DNA of 64,000 nucleotides, taken from positions 3,456,001-3,520,000 of the forward strand of contig OY970368.1 in the NCBI GenBank assembly GCA_963718615.1. Direction: 5' to 3'. The translations under genes were made by a program, and so were the position numbers. Shown piece by piece: positions 18,642 through 28,123 of the stretch (position 1 is its first letter; every line of letters starts with the position of its first letter). This stretch comes from an uncultured cyanobacterium. Its GTDB lineage: Bacteria; Cyanobacteriota; Cyanobacteriia; PCC-9006; JAAUQQ01. The notes below the pieces were generated by a model. The model was not told the origin of the DNA. It made no database searches and saw nothing but the letters and a program-made list of their open reading frames with translations.

Positions 18642-20999
18642 TTAATCTCGTTGCCATTCGCGATCCTCCAGTTCTTTTTGGGAGAGGAGGAGCGTAGTTT
18701 CGATTTCTTGGCGAATTGCTGTGGTTACTTCACAGTTACTATTCAAACAATCGAGCAACAATTGATTGGCATCGTAGTAGCGCTGTAGCGTTTGTTGCTG
18801 CTCAGGACTAAACTGCCAGGAATGGTGGAGATTGCGATAGTTGGCGATCGCCTCTTTGAGCTGCTCTAACCAAGCAAAATACTTAATATTCCACCAAGTC
18901 TTAAATTGCTCATGATTCTGGCTAGCTAGAGGTATTTGATCTTTCAATTGCTGTAATGACTGATAAAAGCCAGCATCTAGAACCATAATCAGAATATTAC
19001 TCAAGGCCGAACCACAAGCATTTGCATGGGCAAAGTCCTGACTGTGCTCGATAGTGCAATCTAAGAGCAGCTTCTCTAGGGCAACATCTAAAAGCATTCC
19101 TTGATCAAGGGTACAGGCCAAGGTAAAATGAGCTGCGGTATTCGGGTTTTTAACCAGGCCTAAATAGAAGGCTCGCCTTGTTTCGATTTTAATTTCATCC
19201 GGAACCTGTTGTGATTTTTGGTTAGCCCACCTCAAGAATTCCTGTAGATAGGGATCTTGAGAAACCAAAGCATCAATCTGTTGTTTCATTAACTGTACCA
19301 GCGAGTCTGCGCTCCGAAGCATTGATGCAGTTAGCAAGAAGACTTCATGCCAATGGGGATCGGTGATGTGACTGACGAGTCCACCTAGGGCTTGCTCTAA
19401 GGCCCGAAGGTTATGGCTGGCAACAATCTTGCGAGCGGTGAAGTATTCTTGGAATACAAGATAGGAAAATGAGAAAATGCCTCGTGCTCGTTCAATTAGA
19501 AAACCATGCTGAGCCTCGATCGCTTTGAGAATCGCTTCACTTTCCAGTTGCAGTTCCTCGGGCTCTAAAACTGTGCCGGGTAAATTTTGTAAGTAATCGC
19601 CAATATATTGCTCAATCGTCCGTTGCTCAAAAAAATACTGTCCCTGCTCAAAGGTAACCGCCGCTAGCTGGCTGAGCAGCCTCAGCTTTTGGGGTAATAA
19701 AAATCCTCGATAGACATCATCTCGTTCAACCCCTCTCGCCTCATCCCATTTGCCGAGCAGTAAATCTAACCCCTGTTTGTAAAAGTCAGTTCGTTTCGTT
19801 GGAAACTTGCCTTGGCTATCAAATACCCAACAGGCTAAATGTAAAAATAAAGGAGTGACAACTAATTGGCGAAACTGCCAATTTTCGGGCAAATTCAATT
19901 TCTGTATAAATTGATCAGATAAATTTGGCTGTACTGTGGTTTTAGATATTATGTTTTTAGATACCGTGGTTTTAAGGGTTGTGCTTTTAGTTAATGCCAC
20001 AAACCACTTTTGCGCAAACGTGGCGATTTGGGCCTGGGTAAAGGGCGCAATTTCTACATCGGTAAAGCCTCGCAACTGAAGTTTTTGGGCTGCAGTACGA
20101 CAGGAAACTACAAATCGATTGCGGTGATACTTTTCTGAAAACTTGCGAACTTCTCGGTTCACCGCCCCACTATGCTGACTCAATACTTCATCCATGCCGT
20201 CCAGTAAAAGAAGGACTCGACCGGCTTGCAGGAGGGTTTCCAGTACGGATGAGTCAGTCTCCCCTGAGAAAACTAACATTTGATGAATGGTCTTAAAAAG
20301 ACTAAATTCACCCAGAGAACCACACTCTTCTGCAAACTCTCGCAACCGGATAAAGAAAACGACTTGATCGGCTGCAAATTTACCCTGATTACATTGAATG
20401 GCAAGATGTTGTAGAAATGTAGTTTTCCCTACACCAGGTTTTCCAAGAATTCTCAACTTTGAGTAAGTTTCAACGGCCTCAATCCCTGGGATTTGTTTCT
20501 GCTCAATCGCTCCGAGGCCAACGCGGTCGAACTCAGTGGGTTCTAAATTTTGTAAATCAGCAATTTCCAACCATTGTTGACTAGCAATTTCTTCTAAAAT
20601 GTTCACATCTACATAGATGTCATCTAGGCTGACTGGGTGGCTGATGTCCAGCAGTTGTAAAATGCCGCACTGGTTTTGAATGGTCTCTCGGTGTTGCGAT
20701 CGCACCTGTTCAACCAACGCATCAAGACTGAGATGAGCGGTGTTAACCGCCTCTCCAGGTTCAGGAAATTCCGCAGGTGGATGCTCCGCAATCTCTCGCC
20801 AATCCAAATCTAGAATGGAACAAACTTCTATGAACACCTGGCGATCGACCGGTCGTCCTGTAAACAGTCGCCAAATGGGTTGACGGGTCTTGAGATTGAC
20901 TTCTCCCGCCAGATTGTCTTGAGTCCATCCCTTAAGCGAGAAAGCTCGTTTAGCCCGTTGAATACCAGCGGGAGAGGCTTGAAGAGATCGCTTGACCAT
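18642..20999 (-). CDS. NACHT-family STAND NTPase with N-terminal HTH-like domain and cyanobacterial C-terminal helical domain
   Basis: Walker A GKPGVGKTT, Walker B LLLLDGMDEV, VVSCR, TPLFL, FSFSYLVFQEYFTA, W.EV. Confidence 0.88.
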   Translation of the reverse strand: MVKRSLQASPAGIQRAKRAFSLKGWTQDNLAGEVNLKTRQPIWRLFTGRPVDRQVFIEVCSILDLDWREIAEHPPAEFPEPGEAVNTAHLSLDALVEQVRSQHRETIQNQCGILQLLDISHPVSLDDIYVDVNILEEIASQQWLEIADLQNLEPTEFDRVGLGAIEQKQIPGIEAVETYSKLRILGKPGVGKTTFLQHLAIQCNQGKFAADQVVFFIRLREFAEECGSLGEFSLFKTIHQMLVFSGETDSSVLETLLQAGRVLLLLDGMDEVLSQHSGAVNREVRKFSEKYHRNRFVVSCRTAAQKLQLRGFTDVEIAPFTQAQIATFAQKWFVALTKSTTLKTTVSKNIISKTTVQPNLSDQFIQKLNLPENWQFRQLVVTPLFLHLACWVFDSQGKFPTKRTDFYKQGLDLLLGKWDEARGVERDDVYRGFLLPQKLRLLSQLAAVTFEQGQYFFEQRTIEQYIGDYLQNLPGTVLEPEELQLESEAILKAIEAQHGFLIERARGIFSFSYLVFQEYFTARKIVASHNLRALEQALGGLVSHITDPHWHEVFLLTASMLRSADSLVQLMKQQIDALVSQDPYLQEFLRWANQKSQQVPDEIKIETRRAFYLGLVKNPNTAAHFTLACTLDQGMLLDVALEKLLLDCTIEHSQDFAHANACGSALSNILIMVLDAGFYQSLQQLKDQIPLASQNHEQFKTWWNIKYFAWLEQLKEAIANYRNLHHSWQFSPEQQQTLQRYYDANQLLLDCLNSNCEVTTAIRQEIETTLLLSQKELEDREWQRD

Positions 21000-21577
21000 A
21001 AAACAAAAAGCTCATCATGGAAGACTCAAAAGTTAAACTTTTATAACCGTCAGGATTTCATACTCTTTTCTCCCCTATAATAACCCTCTTTTGTCTTCAG
21101 CGAAGACTATCCAGTTTTTTGCTTCCGTAGTTTCCCGTTTAGCCCCAGGGAATCATCGCGATCGATCACGGCACAATAAGGTCTTCAGCTATTATGGCCT
21201 GTTTTAATCAAGGAGAATTGAAACGCTTCTTTGCTCTAGAAAGTAAGGTTTGATGTTATGGCTTTGTGCGATATCGCGCATTTAGGAACTTTATTGTTAG
21301 TCAACTATTAGCAAACAAAATTTATGAATGTGTAGGCAGTCAAAGAATGTCTGAATTGAATTGGATTTGTATTGAATTGTATAAAAGTTGAATTGCGCCA
21401 ATCTGCATCGCTGTTGGTCAGGGAGTCTCCTATTCCTAGCCAATCCGGTAGCCTTGGCCTAGGGCCATCGAAACACCTATCCCGTGACTGTGCTTGATAT
21501 TTTTCTGGAGACTCCCTTAGTACCATCATCAGGCTTAACCGTTGATATTACATTCAGGAATATTACATTCGGGAATA

Positions 21578-21904
21578 TTACATTCGGGTCAGCGCTGATA
21601 TTTTCTTGATTTTCTCGTGACTCAAGCCTTCTAGATCGGCTAAACTCAGCCATCCCTCTTGAACCAACTGAGCAAAAACAAACAACAGAGCTGATTCTCG
21701 ACCATCGTATTTCCCATCCAAGCCATGGCGCTGAATACTAAGAAAATCATGAAGTTTCCACAGGTCATCCACCAAGCGTAGCTCCCCAACCTTGCCTTGT
21801 ACCTCTGCAATCAGGGCTTGCACTTCGCGCTCATAGGCTTGCTCAAAAGCGATTTTGGCCACCTGCTGTTCCGTCTCAGACCATTCAATACTTGTCACTT
21901 GCAT
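21578..21904 (-). CDS. frp: Fluorescence recovery protein (FRP)
   Basis: WSETEQ..A..AYERE, LWKLHDFLS..RH..DGKYD, EGWL; downstream of ocp. Confidence 0.92.
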   Translation of the reverse strand: MQVTSIEWSETEQQVAKIAFEQAYEREVQALIAEVQGKVGELRLVDDLWKLHDFLSIQRHGLDGKYDGRESALLFVFAQLVQEGWLSLADLEGLSHEKIKKISALTRM

Positions 21905-22027
21905 GTTTTCTGCCAACGTTCAGAACAGGGACGATTTCTGGGAAATAATCCATATTCTTAAAATTATAATAAGTTTTGTCTCAGAAACCTAGAATTTTCT
22001 CATAATTTATTGAGTTAACGACTGAGT

Positions 22028-22885
22028 TCACTTGGAGGGACTCTCAATACCCTTGCGTGCTCCCCTGCGTGCTCCCCTTGTGCGCTGTTGAGGGAGTAAA
22101 TACCAGGGGGTTTGGGGAAAGGTGTGGTGCTCCCAATGGTATTCACCCAGGTGATAGCAACTGAGGACTGAACAGATCTGTTGTAAAGCATTGGGGGGAG
22201 GGCGATCGCCAGGCTGCAAAAGTGGCCCTCGGTGGGGCAAATAGGTGCCAAACCAAAAGAGTTGAATGGAGCTCAACGCCAATGGCAGTAGTCCAAACAA
22301 CAAGAGATTGAAGCGCGAAAGCTGAAATAGATAAGGTCCGAACAGCAGGAGACTACCCCAGGTCAGCCCAAACCCCAGACCATTGCGCCAGGACCAGTAG
22401 TTTCCCAAAAAATGGAGATACCAGCCGAAGGGCTGTCCAGGGTCTCCAGGATGAAAATCTGGATCACCCACCTGGGCCGGGGTCCGGTGATGTTGGCTGT
22501 GGTTGACACAACAGAGGTGATAGTTCAATCCGGCATACAGACCCACCAAAAGCTGACCGAGGTGATGGTTAAGGCGCTTGTCCTGGGGAATCAGGCTGCC
22601 ATGCATGGCGTCATGGGCCAAGACAAACAGGCCCGTTTGGACGAGGGTACGACCCAGAATTGCCAGGAAAATATCCCCCCACTGGAGCCCTTGCTGCCAA
22701 GTTCGAGGCAAGCCGGGGGGCAAAGTCCAGCCCAGGCAGCAGACCCAGGTAATGCCCCAACTGGCAATCAACAGCAATACCAAGCATGCGCCCCAAGCAC
22801 TCTTGAGTCGTGAGGACTGAGATGAATTCTGGAATGTGTTTCCAGGTAATTTTCGGGGCGAAGAGCGTGATGGTGACACAACCAT
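22028..22885 (-). CDS. crtW: Beta-carotene ketolase CrtW (membrane desaturase family)
   Basis: TGLFVLAHDAMHG, HSQHH..P...DPDF, QLFWFGTYLPHR, YHWEHH..P..PW. Confidence 0.8.
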   Translation of the reverse strand: MVVSPSRSSPRKLPGNTFQNSSQSSRLKSAWGACLVLLLIASWGITWVCCLGWTLPPGLPRTWQQGLQWGDIFLAILGRTLVQTGLFVLAHDAMHGSLIPQDKRLNHHLGQLLVGLYAGLNYHLCCVNHSQHHRTPAQVGDPDFHPGDPGQPFGWYLHFLGNYWSWRNGLGFGLTWGSLLLFGPYLFQLSRFNLLLFGLLPLALSSIQLFWFGTYLPHRGPLLQPGDRPPPNALQQICSVLSCYHLGEYHWEHHTFPQTPWYLLPQQRTRGARRGARKGIESPSK

Positions 22886-23001
22886 ATAGAAAGCGCCCTC
22901 TCGGAGAGCGCCTTACAGTGGAGACGAGGGCGATCGCAATGCTTAAGCACGATCCCCGTCCAACGGAATAAAATCAACGCGGCCGATGGGAGAAGAGCAG
23001 A

Positions 23002-23961
23002 TTAGCGCACCAACTTGAGGAGTTCCTTAGGAGAAGCCAACAGGTCGATCGCCACGAAGAAGATCTTATTGTCTGGCGTCAAGAGAAAGCGCCAAGCCAT
23101 ATTCATGCCCACTCCAGCGCCAAACCAAGGCGTTTGGACCCGACCCGTGACTTTGATCTGAGTAAACCCATCGTCAACCTCTTCTGCTACTCCCCGTTCC
23201 GGAATAAGCTTGAGGTTCTGGCAGTCTTCCCGGAAGAAGCGCAAAACCGCATCGGTTCCCACAATGGGGCGCTGAAAGGGGGGCTGGAGTGCGCCATCGG
23301 GGGTAAACAGCTTGATCAATTCGTCGAAGTCATTAGCGTTGAGATAGTTCATATAGCTAATCACCGTCGGGTTATCGATATCTTGGATCGATACACTTGT
23401 CCGTTGTGCCATATCTACAGGAACGACCACGGGCTCAGACACCCGCTGAGCCCCATCCAATTTGGCAGGGTCGTAGCCCATATCGACGACAGCATTGCGC
23501 AGCACGGTGATTTGCTGACCCGGATCCAACTCACGAATCGCGGCCAACACCGCCGTCGCATTGGCGGAAAGGCTATACCCCGTAGGAATCGGGGCAACCA
23601 AACCCTGATCCATCCAAACCCCCAGTTGGTACCAGAATCCCAGTTTGATATTGGCAGACCAAATAGCGTAGGTGCGACAAATTTCAGTATCGGTATGGTT
23701 AGCCAAGTCGCACATGACCTGGGTTTGCTCCCCAAAGGGCATTGCTTTGATCTGATTGAGGACGCCTTCTGCAAACTGCATACTGGCAGCTCCCGGTGCA
23801 GCGATGGTAATGCTAGTTCCCATTTCCAGGTAGGCAAACCAGATTAAGGCGAGCTGATCTTCGGTATTGAGCTGGCTAAAACGAGCGATAGTTGCGGGGA
23901 CAACATCTGCCGATAGGGTATCGGGAAAAATGCCACGAGCAGATTCGATGGTAAACGGCAT
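23002..23961 (-). CDS. ocp: Orange carotenoid protein (OCP1-type)
   Basis: MPFTIESARGIFP, DQLALIWFAY, KLGFWY, GQQITVLRN, VQTPWFG, DLLASPKELL. Confidence 0.97.
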   Translation of the reverse strand: MPFTIESARGIFPDTLSADVVPATIARFSQLNTEDQLALIWFAYLEMGTSITIAAPGAASMQFAEGVLNQIKAMPFGEQTQVMCDLANHTDTEICRTYAIWSANIKLGFWYQLGVWMDQGLVAPIPTGYSLSANATAVLAAIRELDPGQQITVLRNAVVDMGYDPAKLDGAQRVSEPVVVPVDMAQRTSVSIQDIDNPTVISYMNYLNANDFDELIKLFTPDGALQPPFQRPIVGTDAVLRFFREDCQNLKLIPERGVAEEVDDGFTQIKVTGRVQTPWFGAGVGMNMAWRFLLTPDNKIFFVAIDLLASPKELLKLVR

Positions 23962-24222
23962 AGTTAGAACCTCATGGCCTGATACTCAACGTTTGCTCTT
24001 TCAGCATATTGCCTACTGTAAACTTATGCAAATAAATGCAACAAAAAGCAAAAAATAATTGACTATTCTTGGGATAGGCCAGTATCTATGGTTCAGCAGT
24101 CGTTGCCCATTGCTTGCTCTATCGATACGAGAGTCTCCCTTGGCGTGATCTGCCTTTGTTTTCTGCGAATCCGTTTAGAATTGCCTTAAGGCTCTCTACC
24201 TCCCATAGACTGGTCGCTGATT

Positions 24223-24756
24223 GTGCTTGAATTTTCCCCCCCGGATTCCCTAGGGCGTTTGCGCCGTCACCTGTCACATCTTTTCCTCGTTTTGCTGCTG
24301 GCGGGGCTTTGGGTGTTGCTGGCTACCCAACCCGCGATCGCCACAAGTTGGACGTTGGATTATACCTACGCTGACCTTGCCGACCAGGTCTTTGACAATC
24401 AGGATCTGCACGCGGCTAGTTTTGCCGGGGCCAATGCTCGACGGGCAAGCTTCCACAATGCCAATTTACAGAGTGCCATTTTGACCCAGGGGATCTTTCC
24501 CGAAGCAGATTTTACTGGGGCGGATTTGAGCAATACCCTAGCTGATCGCGTCACCTGGGAAGGCAGTAATTTAACGAATGCGATTTTGACGGGAATGACG
24601 GCCACCAGCACGAGTTTTTATCAGGTCGAAATCGCGGGGGCTGATTTTAGCGATGCGATTCTCGATCGCTACCAAACTGCAAAGCTCTGTGAGCGTGCCC
24701 AGGGGACAAACCCGGTGACGGGCGTGAGCACTCGCGATAGCTTGGGCTGTCCTTAG
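24223..24756 (+). CDS. Pentapeptide repeat protein (exported/lumenal)
   Basis: Signal peptide, A(D/N)LXX repeats, C-terminal [16 protein letters not shown]. Confidence 0.88.
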   Translation: MLEFSPPDSLGRLRRHLSHLFLVLLLAGLWVLLATQPAIATSWTLDYTYADLADQVFDNQDLHAASFAGANARRASFHNANLQSAILTQGIFPEADFTGADLSNTLADRVTWEGSNLTNAILTGMTATSTSFYQVEIAGADFSDAILDRYQTAKLCERAQGTNPVTGVSTRDSLGCP

Positions 24757-24778
24757 GCCAGCAGACTCAGCCGATAAA

Positions 24779-25489
24779 CTAAGCCAGTAAACTAGAATTC
24801 GCTAACGCCCAGTTCCGTAGGGGTTCCCACAGCAATACTTCGTCGAGGATTGTGGCGTAGCCCAGGGAATTGGGATGGAGACCATCGGCGCAGAGGCGAT
24901 CGCCAATCCACTCAGGATCATGGCTCATCCAAGCCGCAAAAATATCCAAATAGGGCACCTGCCGCGCGGCACAAGCCAAACGGGTGGCTTCTTTGTAGTG
25001 TTCTTGGTCGGCGTGGTTGTAGTAAAGGCAATCTAAAAACGGCATTTTGGCCTCATCTACGGGGGTCATGCCGATAAAGTAAACCTGGGTTGCTAGGCGT
25101 TGGGCCTGTTCGATCAGATGGGCGATCGCAGCTTCAAATGCTTCAAATCCTGTAAAATTTCGTCCACCGCTATGGCCCAACCGGGCAGAGTCGTTAGTCC
25201 CCACAGAAAGCAAAATCGCCTCCGGCAGACGGTTACGTAATTCGCCTCGGCGGGAAAATTCGGCCTCTAGTCGTTGGGTCACCTGCTTCACCCCATCCCC
25301 GCGCACGCCAAGATTGTAAATCACCGGGCCATCGGCCCCCATCCAGCGACGGCGCAAGCCCTCTACCCAGCCACCATTCTCCGGATCGCCGTAGCCATAG
25401 ACCGTGCTATCGCCCAGGGCAATCAGCTTGGGCGGCTGCACCAAGGGCGGAACCGGCGACGCAAAGGCGGGGGAATAGGCAGTTTGCAT
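24779..25489 (-). CDS. SGNH/GDSL lipase/esterase
   Basis: ALGDS, NLGVRG, GTND, DGLHPN. Confidence 0.9.
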   Translation of the reverse strand: MQTAYSPAFASPVPPLVQPPKLIALGDSTVYGYGDPENGGWVEGLRRRWMGADGPVIYNLGVRGDGVKQVTQRLEAEFSRRGELRNRLPEAILLSVGTNDSARLGHSGGRNFTGFEAFEAAIAHLIEQAQRLATQVYFIGMTPVDEAKMPFLDCLYYNHADQEHYKEATRLACAARQVPYLDIFAAWMSHDPEWIGDRLCADGLHPNSLGYATILDEVLLWEPLRNWALANSSLLA

Positions 25490-25706
25490 AGCAAAGTTCA
25501 GTTAAATTCTCTTGAATCTAACACTCTTGTCTTTTCGTTGCAATCCGTTACATTCACCCGGTTCGAGGGAATCTGTCAAGGGCTGATCTCCGATGGCCAA
25601 ACTCAGTCAAGAGAGGGAAATCTCCGCCTCTGAGGGCAGACCCTGAATCCGAACCAGATTTTAAGATAAAGGCATTACAGCCTAGTCGAGCCTTGAACGG
25701 AAGCAT

Positions 25707-27590
25707 ATGCCAATCAAAGACGATTCTCAAAAACCCCGTCGGTTCCAACTCGGCAATCTGCTCCTGCTATTGTCGGGCTTGATTCTCGTGGCCAACATTG
25801 TTTTGCCGAGTATTCTGGGACCTGCGATTCCTCGGGTGCCCTACAGCATGTTTATTGACCAGGTCAATGACGGCAAGGTAACGCGGGCCTCGGTGAGTCA
25901 GGAAGAAATCCGTTATCAACTCAAGACCGAAAATAGCGAAGACGCGCCTCAGGTCTTTAGCACCACGCCGATTTTTGACCTAGAACTGCCTCAGCGCCTC
26001 GAAGACCACGGTGTGGAATTTGCCGCGCCGCCGCCGCCCCAAAACCGCTGGTTCACAACGCTCCTGGGCTGGGTTCTGCCGCCCGTGATCTTTGTGGCGA
26101 TTTTCCAGTTCTTCGCCGCGCGTCGGGGGGGCATGGGAGGTCAGCAGGGAGCGCTGTCGTTTATGCGCAGTAAGGCCAAGGTCTATGTGGAAGGCAGCGA
26201 CACCAAGACCACCTTTAAGGATGTAGCCGGGGTCGAAGAGGCCAAGGTTGAGTTGACGGAAATCGTCGAGTTTTTGAAATCGCCCCAACGCTTTTTGGAG
26301 ATTGGCGCGCGCATTCCTAAAGGGGTGCTTTTGGTTGGCCCGCCGGGAACCGGCAAAACTCTCCTGGCCAAAGCCGTGGCCGGGGAAGCCGGGGTGCCGT
26401 TTTTCTCAATTTCCGGTTCGGAGTTTGTCGAACTGTTTGTGGGAGCCGGTGCGGCACGGGTGCGGGATCTGTTTGAGCAGGCCAAGAAAAAAGCCCCCTG
26501 TATCATCTTTATTGACGAGCTGGATGCCATTGGTAAATCCCGCGCCAGCAACGGTATGTTCGGCGGCAACGATGAGCGGGAGCAAACCCTCAACCAGTTG
26601 TTGACCGAAATGGATGGCTTTGCCGCAGGCGGGGCCACGGTGATTGTGTTGGCCGCGACCAACCGACCAGAATCCCTAGACGCGGCACTGCTACGACCGG
26701 GCCGATTTGATCGGCAGGTGCTGGTGGATCGCCCGGATCTCTCAGGTCGGGAAGAAATTCTCAAGATCTATGCTCAGAAGGTGAAGCTGGAGCCGGAAGT
26801 GGATCTCCATGCGATCGCCACCCGCACCCCCGGTTTCGCCGGAGCTGACCTAGCTAACCTGGTGAATGAAGCCGCTCTTCTGGCGGCCCGTGCCCAACGG
26901 CTCAAGGTGGCCCAAGCGGACTTTAATGAGGCGATCGAGCGGGTCGTTGCGGGTCTAGAGAAAAAGAGCCGCGTCCTCAACGAAAAGGAAAAAACCATCG
27001 TCGCCTACCACGAAGTCGGCCATGCCCTCGTCGGTTCGCTGATGCCGGGGGGAAGCAAAGTCGCCAAGATCTCCATCGTGCCTCGGGGCATGGCGGCCCT
27101 GGGCTATACCCTCCAACTGCCGACGGAAGATCGTTTTCTCATGAGTGAGGAGGAACTGCGCGGACAAATTGCCACGCTCCTGGGGGGTCGCACCGCCGAA
27201 GAGATTGTCTTTGGCAGCATCACCACTGGAGCCGCCAACGACTTGCAGCGGGCCACGGACCTGGCCGAGCGCATGGTCACCACCTATGGAATGAGTAAAG
27301 TTCTAGGACCCTTGGCCTACGAGAAAGGCAGCCAAAACGCCTTCCTAGGGCAAGACGGCATGATGATGAACCCTCGTCGCATGGTCAGCGATGACACGGC
27401 CCAGGCGATCGATGCTGAGGTCAAGGAGATCGTCGAAAGAGCCCATGACCAAGCGCGGTCAATCCTGAAGGAGAATCGCGATCTGCTGGAGCAAATCTCC
27501 CAGAAGATCCTGGAAACTGAAGTGATTGAAGGTGATGAGCTGCAAACTTGGCTGAAACAGGCGGCTTTGCCGGAAGCAGTGACGGCCTAG
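25707..27590 (+). CDS. ftsH: ATP-dependent zinc metalloprotease FtsH
   Basis: [39 protein letters not shown]. Confidence 0.96.
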   Translation: MPIKDDSQKPRRFQLGNLLLLLSGLILVANIVLPSILGPAIPRVPYSMFIDQVNDGKVTRASVSQEEIRYQLKTENSEDAPQVFSTTPIFDLELPQRLEDHGVEFAAPPPPQNRWFTTLLGWVLPPVIFVAIFQFFAARRGGMGGQQGALSFMRSKAKVYVEGSDTKTTFKDVAGVEEAKVELTEIVEFLKSPQRFLEIGARIPKGVLLVGPPGTGKTLLAKAVAGEAGVPFFSISGSEFVELFVGAGAARVRDLFEQAKKKAPCIIFIDELDAIGKSRASNGMFGGNDEREQTLNQLLTEMDGFAAGGATVIVLAATNRPESLDAALLRPGRFDRQVLVDRPDLSGREEILKIYAQKVKLEPEVDLHAIATRTPGFAGADLANLVNEAALLAARAQRLKVAQADFNEAIERVVAGLEKKSRVLNEKEKTIVAYHEVGHALVGSLMPGGSKVAKISIVPRGMAALGYTLQLPTEDRFLMSEEELRGQIATLLGGRTAEEIVFGSITTGAANDLQRATDLAERMVTTYGMSKVLGPLAYEKGSQNAFLGQDGMMMNPRRMVSDDTAQAIDAEVKEIVERAHDQARSILKENRDLLEQISQKILETEVIEGDELQTWLKQAALPEAVTA

Positions 27591-27664
27591 GCTGGGGGAG
27601 GTGAATTACTTGCCTAATTTTCAAGGTTGCTTTCGTTACGGTTAAATCAATTCAGTTTTTTACT

Positions 27665-27700
27665 AATGGGACGAGTCTGCTGGGCTTATCCCATTTTTTT
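27665..27700 (+). terminator. Terminator after ftsH
   Basis: AATGGGACGAGTC..GGCTTATCCCATTTTTTT. Confidence 0.6.
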
Positions 27701-28123
27701 GATACTAAATTTCCATGTTCACGGATTGTCTGAGGGTTAATCACAATCATCAAGACAGCCGTAATTTACTTATAATTTCATTGTTTTACCCCTAGAAAAG
27801 CCAGTTCAAAAGCCTGTGTTTAGAAACTGCAAGAATGTAGCGTTTGAGGCGATCGCCCACTCTCACGTAACCCAGGCAAATCCGCGATTTCACAGCACTA
27901 TTCGGCAATAAATTAATTAATTTATACAGAACCATTTTCTTTTATTTAATTTCATAAAAACCCCTTCCAAAGCTTTTTCCTGATGCCAAGGGGGGCGATC
28001 GAAAAACTGTAGGTAAGGTCTCCAGCTTTCTCATATTTTGAGGTTCTCTGGGGATTCTGGATTTTTCCAGCGATTTCTAGAGTCACCCAACCACTCAGGC
28101 GATCATCCGCGACTAAATCCTGC

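Noticed and set aside
23134-23847. 237-aa plus-strand ORF
   Set aside because: Antisense to ocp, with no recognisable motifs.
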